Assembly (NCBI GenBank): GCA_043228905.1
Contig: JBHGNT010000002.1
Coordinates: 12,276,001-12,340,000, forward strand
Direction: 5' to 3'
DNA from: Azolla caroliniana
Lineage: Eukaryota; Plantae; Polypodiophyta
Length of the DNA: 64,000 bases
Below the pieces are notes generated by a model, which was not told the DNA's origin, did not search any database, and saw nothing but the letters and a program-made list of their open reading frames with translations. The translations under genes were made by a program, and so were the position numbers. This document shows positions 61,285-64,000 of this stretch, piece after piece (positions within the stretch are counted from its first letter, which is position 1; the number at the start of each line of letters is the position of its first letter).

Positions 61285-64000
61285 TGTAGGTCCAATACAT
61301 GGACAATCAACTTTCACTCTCAGATTGATAACTCCAATTATACGATAAATCTAAGGCTGCAATTTTATACACAGAAACTGCATAGAACGAGCTTTCCAAA
61401 GAGTGTTTAAACATAAGAAATGGCTATATATTCATTAAGATATGAATCTTACAAAATAGCTGATACAAAAGAGACCGTGAGAGAGAGACTAACAATGTAT
61501 ATCAAAGAAAATCTATAGAACTTCTCACTTACATATGACACTCGAGGTATTCCTCTTGCTCTCCTTTTTTCTATATGTATAGAACTCATTTTATACCTAT
61601 TTATACCTTATGTTTATGCTAGCTACTTACAATTTGACTCACCTATTAGACGCTACTTTTGTAGCCACTGATTTTGTGTCTAATTCTCACCTACCACATA
61701 TATTTACCCATTATATGCTATTCACTATAGTCTTTAGATAAATATTCACCATACAACTTTATAAACATAAACAATCATAGCTCATGTCAATTTGAGCTTG
61801 TACATTTATCTTCAACACTCCCCCTCAAGCTCATTTGGGAGTTATCTTGAGCCATGTCTTGCAATTTTATCACATCTTTGAAACCTTTTAGTTTAGAAGC
61901 TTCGAGGAACTTTGTGAACATGTCTGCAACTTGATCTTTGGTTTTGATGAACATTATCTCCACATCCTTGCTCAACGCCTTCTCTTGTACATAATGGTAA
62001 TGAACTTCAATATGCTTACTCCGCTCCGCACATGGAAAGTGGGATTGCTTGCTTTCTAAGTAAATACTTGCCATGTTGTCACCGTATATCAGAATGATTC
62101 CCACATGCACTTTAAGATCAGCCAAAAGCTTTTTAAGCCACATTTCTTCACATCTAGCAAATGTTAATCCTCTATACTCAGCCTCCATGGATGAAAGTGC
62201 AACAGTAGGTTGTTTCTTCGAGCTTCATGTGATAGGATTGCTTCCAATCATAAACACATAACCTGAGGTTGATCTCCTATCGTCCTTTGAACCTGCCCAA
62301 TCCGCATCACTAAAGCCTTTGACTTGCAATTCTTCATCACACTTATTAAACAAAGCATGATTAATTGTATGCTTTATATATCTTAACACTCTCTTAGCTG
62401 CATTTAAATGTTCATTTGTTGGAGTTTGCATAAACTGAGAAAGTACACCAACAACATAACATAGATCGGGTCTTGTAATGCTTGCATAGATTAATGATCC
62501 TATAATACTTTTGTATGTTGTTGCATCTTCTAGTATTTCTCCATCACTTGAGCATAGTTTTGTATTTGTATCAATGGGTTAAGTGAGTGGTTTGCATTCA
62601 CTCATTCCAAATCTGAAAAGAGCATCCAACAAGTACTTCCTTTGCATCAAGTAGATGCCACTTTTCCTATAAACAACTTCGATTCCTAAAAAATATTTCA
62701 GCTCTCCTAGATCTGAAATTTTAAATTCTTTCCCAAGCTTTCCTTTTATATCCTTAATCCATGTATTATCATTCCCTCTTTCCCTTTCCTTTATCTTCAT
62801 ACCATGGTCTTAGTTCAAAAAAGACCACATCTCGTGAGACCCTTACTTCCTTTGTTATAGGATTATAACACTTATATCCTTTTTGCTCCATCGAATAGCC
62901 AATGAAAATGCATTTTTCTGAACTTGGTTCCATCTTTGTTCTTACTTCTTGAGGAATGTGAACAAAACAAACACATCCAAAAACTTTTAGGTGTGTAAGA
63001 TTAGGTTTTCTACTGGAATATACCTCCTCTAGTGTCAAGTTATGTATTCCTAATGTTTTGCATCTATTCATCAAGTAAACGTCAGTTGTGGTAGCTTCAG
63101 CCCAATAGTGTAATGGTACCTTCATCTCGTTCAACATGCATATTTCGACTTCTGCGATTTGTCTATTTTTCCTCTCAGCTATGCCATTTTGTTGACGCGT
63201 ATATCGACAAGTAAATTTCCTTTTAATCCCATTCTCTTGTAAGAAATCTGAAAAATCATTGGAGAAGTACTCCCCTCCACCATCGGATCTTAAGATTTGA
63301 TATGCGTTCATGTTTCTTTTTCAACTTCATTTTTGAATCTCTTGAATATAGAAGACACATCCAATTTTTGTTTCATACAAAACAACTATACCTTTCTTGA
63401 ATGATCTTCAATGAAAGTGACGAAAAATCTATTAACAGCCATTGATGACTCTCGGGTAGGTCCCCATGCATCTGTATGTATTAAATCCAAGACATTTGGG
63501 GCCACATAATTGCTCCTCTTGAATGGTTGCCTTGTTTGTTTACCTAATTGACAAGCTTCATACAATTCATGTAATCCAATACTATTAAATTTTAGAAGAC
63601 CTCTTACCACTTCATGTTTGCTCATGTCCTTTAGCTTTGGAATGTTAATGTGTCCTATCCTTTTGTGCCATAAATCTAGCTCGGAAAATTTTCGTGTCGT
63701 GTCCCCAAATTAAATATACATGACCTTTCCATAAGGATTTTGAATGTCCAAGGTGAACATTCTTCCTTCTCGTTTACCTTGAGCAATGACCTTGAAACCT
63801 TCTTTAGGATTCTTTATAAAGCACCCATTTTCATTGAATGTGACATTATAACCGTTCTCTACCATTTGTCCTACTGAAATCAAGTTCTTTGAAATTGTAG
63901 GAACATGAAGAACATTTGATAATACCTTTGCTTTACTTGTTTGTGTCTCCAAGCCTTACATCTCCAATGTGTTCAATCGTGTGTTGAGTATCATCACCTA
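61285..64000 (-). mobile_element. Ty1/copia element D (3' LTR ~61285-61817, degenerate IN/RT/RH with internal deletion); continues past the window end
   Basis: PPT agcttgagggggag at 61831-61818 directly abuts TGTTGAAG. Motifs LRSDGGGEY, LGELKYFLGIEV, FSDADWAG and KHIEVHYHY. The RT N-terminal half is missing near 62770. Confidence 0.85.

Overview
This is eukaryotic plant nuclear DNA, most likely from a seed-free land plant such as a fern (inferred from the Tcn1-like chromoviruses, a Sola-like transposase and an intron-rich plastid chaperonin gene). Most of the window is nested transposable elements flanking a small gene island. The island holds an intact 9-exon plastid chaperonin-60 alpha gene (30999-35060, +), a convergent 2-exon TPD1-like secreted Cys-rich protein gene with a GPI/TM-like tail (35790-36820, -) and a truncated SNF7/VPS32 remnant. 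The most unusual region is about 11.3-19.0 kb. A decayed Sola2-like DDD transposase gene (-) converges on two putative cargo genes (+), a RING-H2 protein and an FCP1/NIF-type phosphatase-like domain with a substituted catalytic motif. Two ~1.2-kb arrays of the palindromic TAGCTAATTAGCTA satellite lie in this block. One fills an in-frame intron of the RING gene, and the other lies just upstream of a transposase acceptor. Other highlights: two diverged copies of a non-chromovirus Ty3/gypsy family with a ~1040-aa non-env extra ORF, a conserved TATA-like box and no canonical polypurine tract; a Tf1-style self-priming site in a Tcn1-like chromovirus; and a copia family with a duplicated PPT and a basic extension after RNase H. 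All family assignments come from motif recognition by eye, not database searches.
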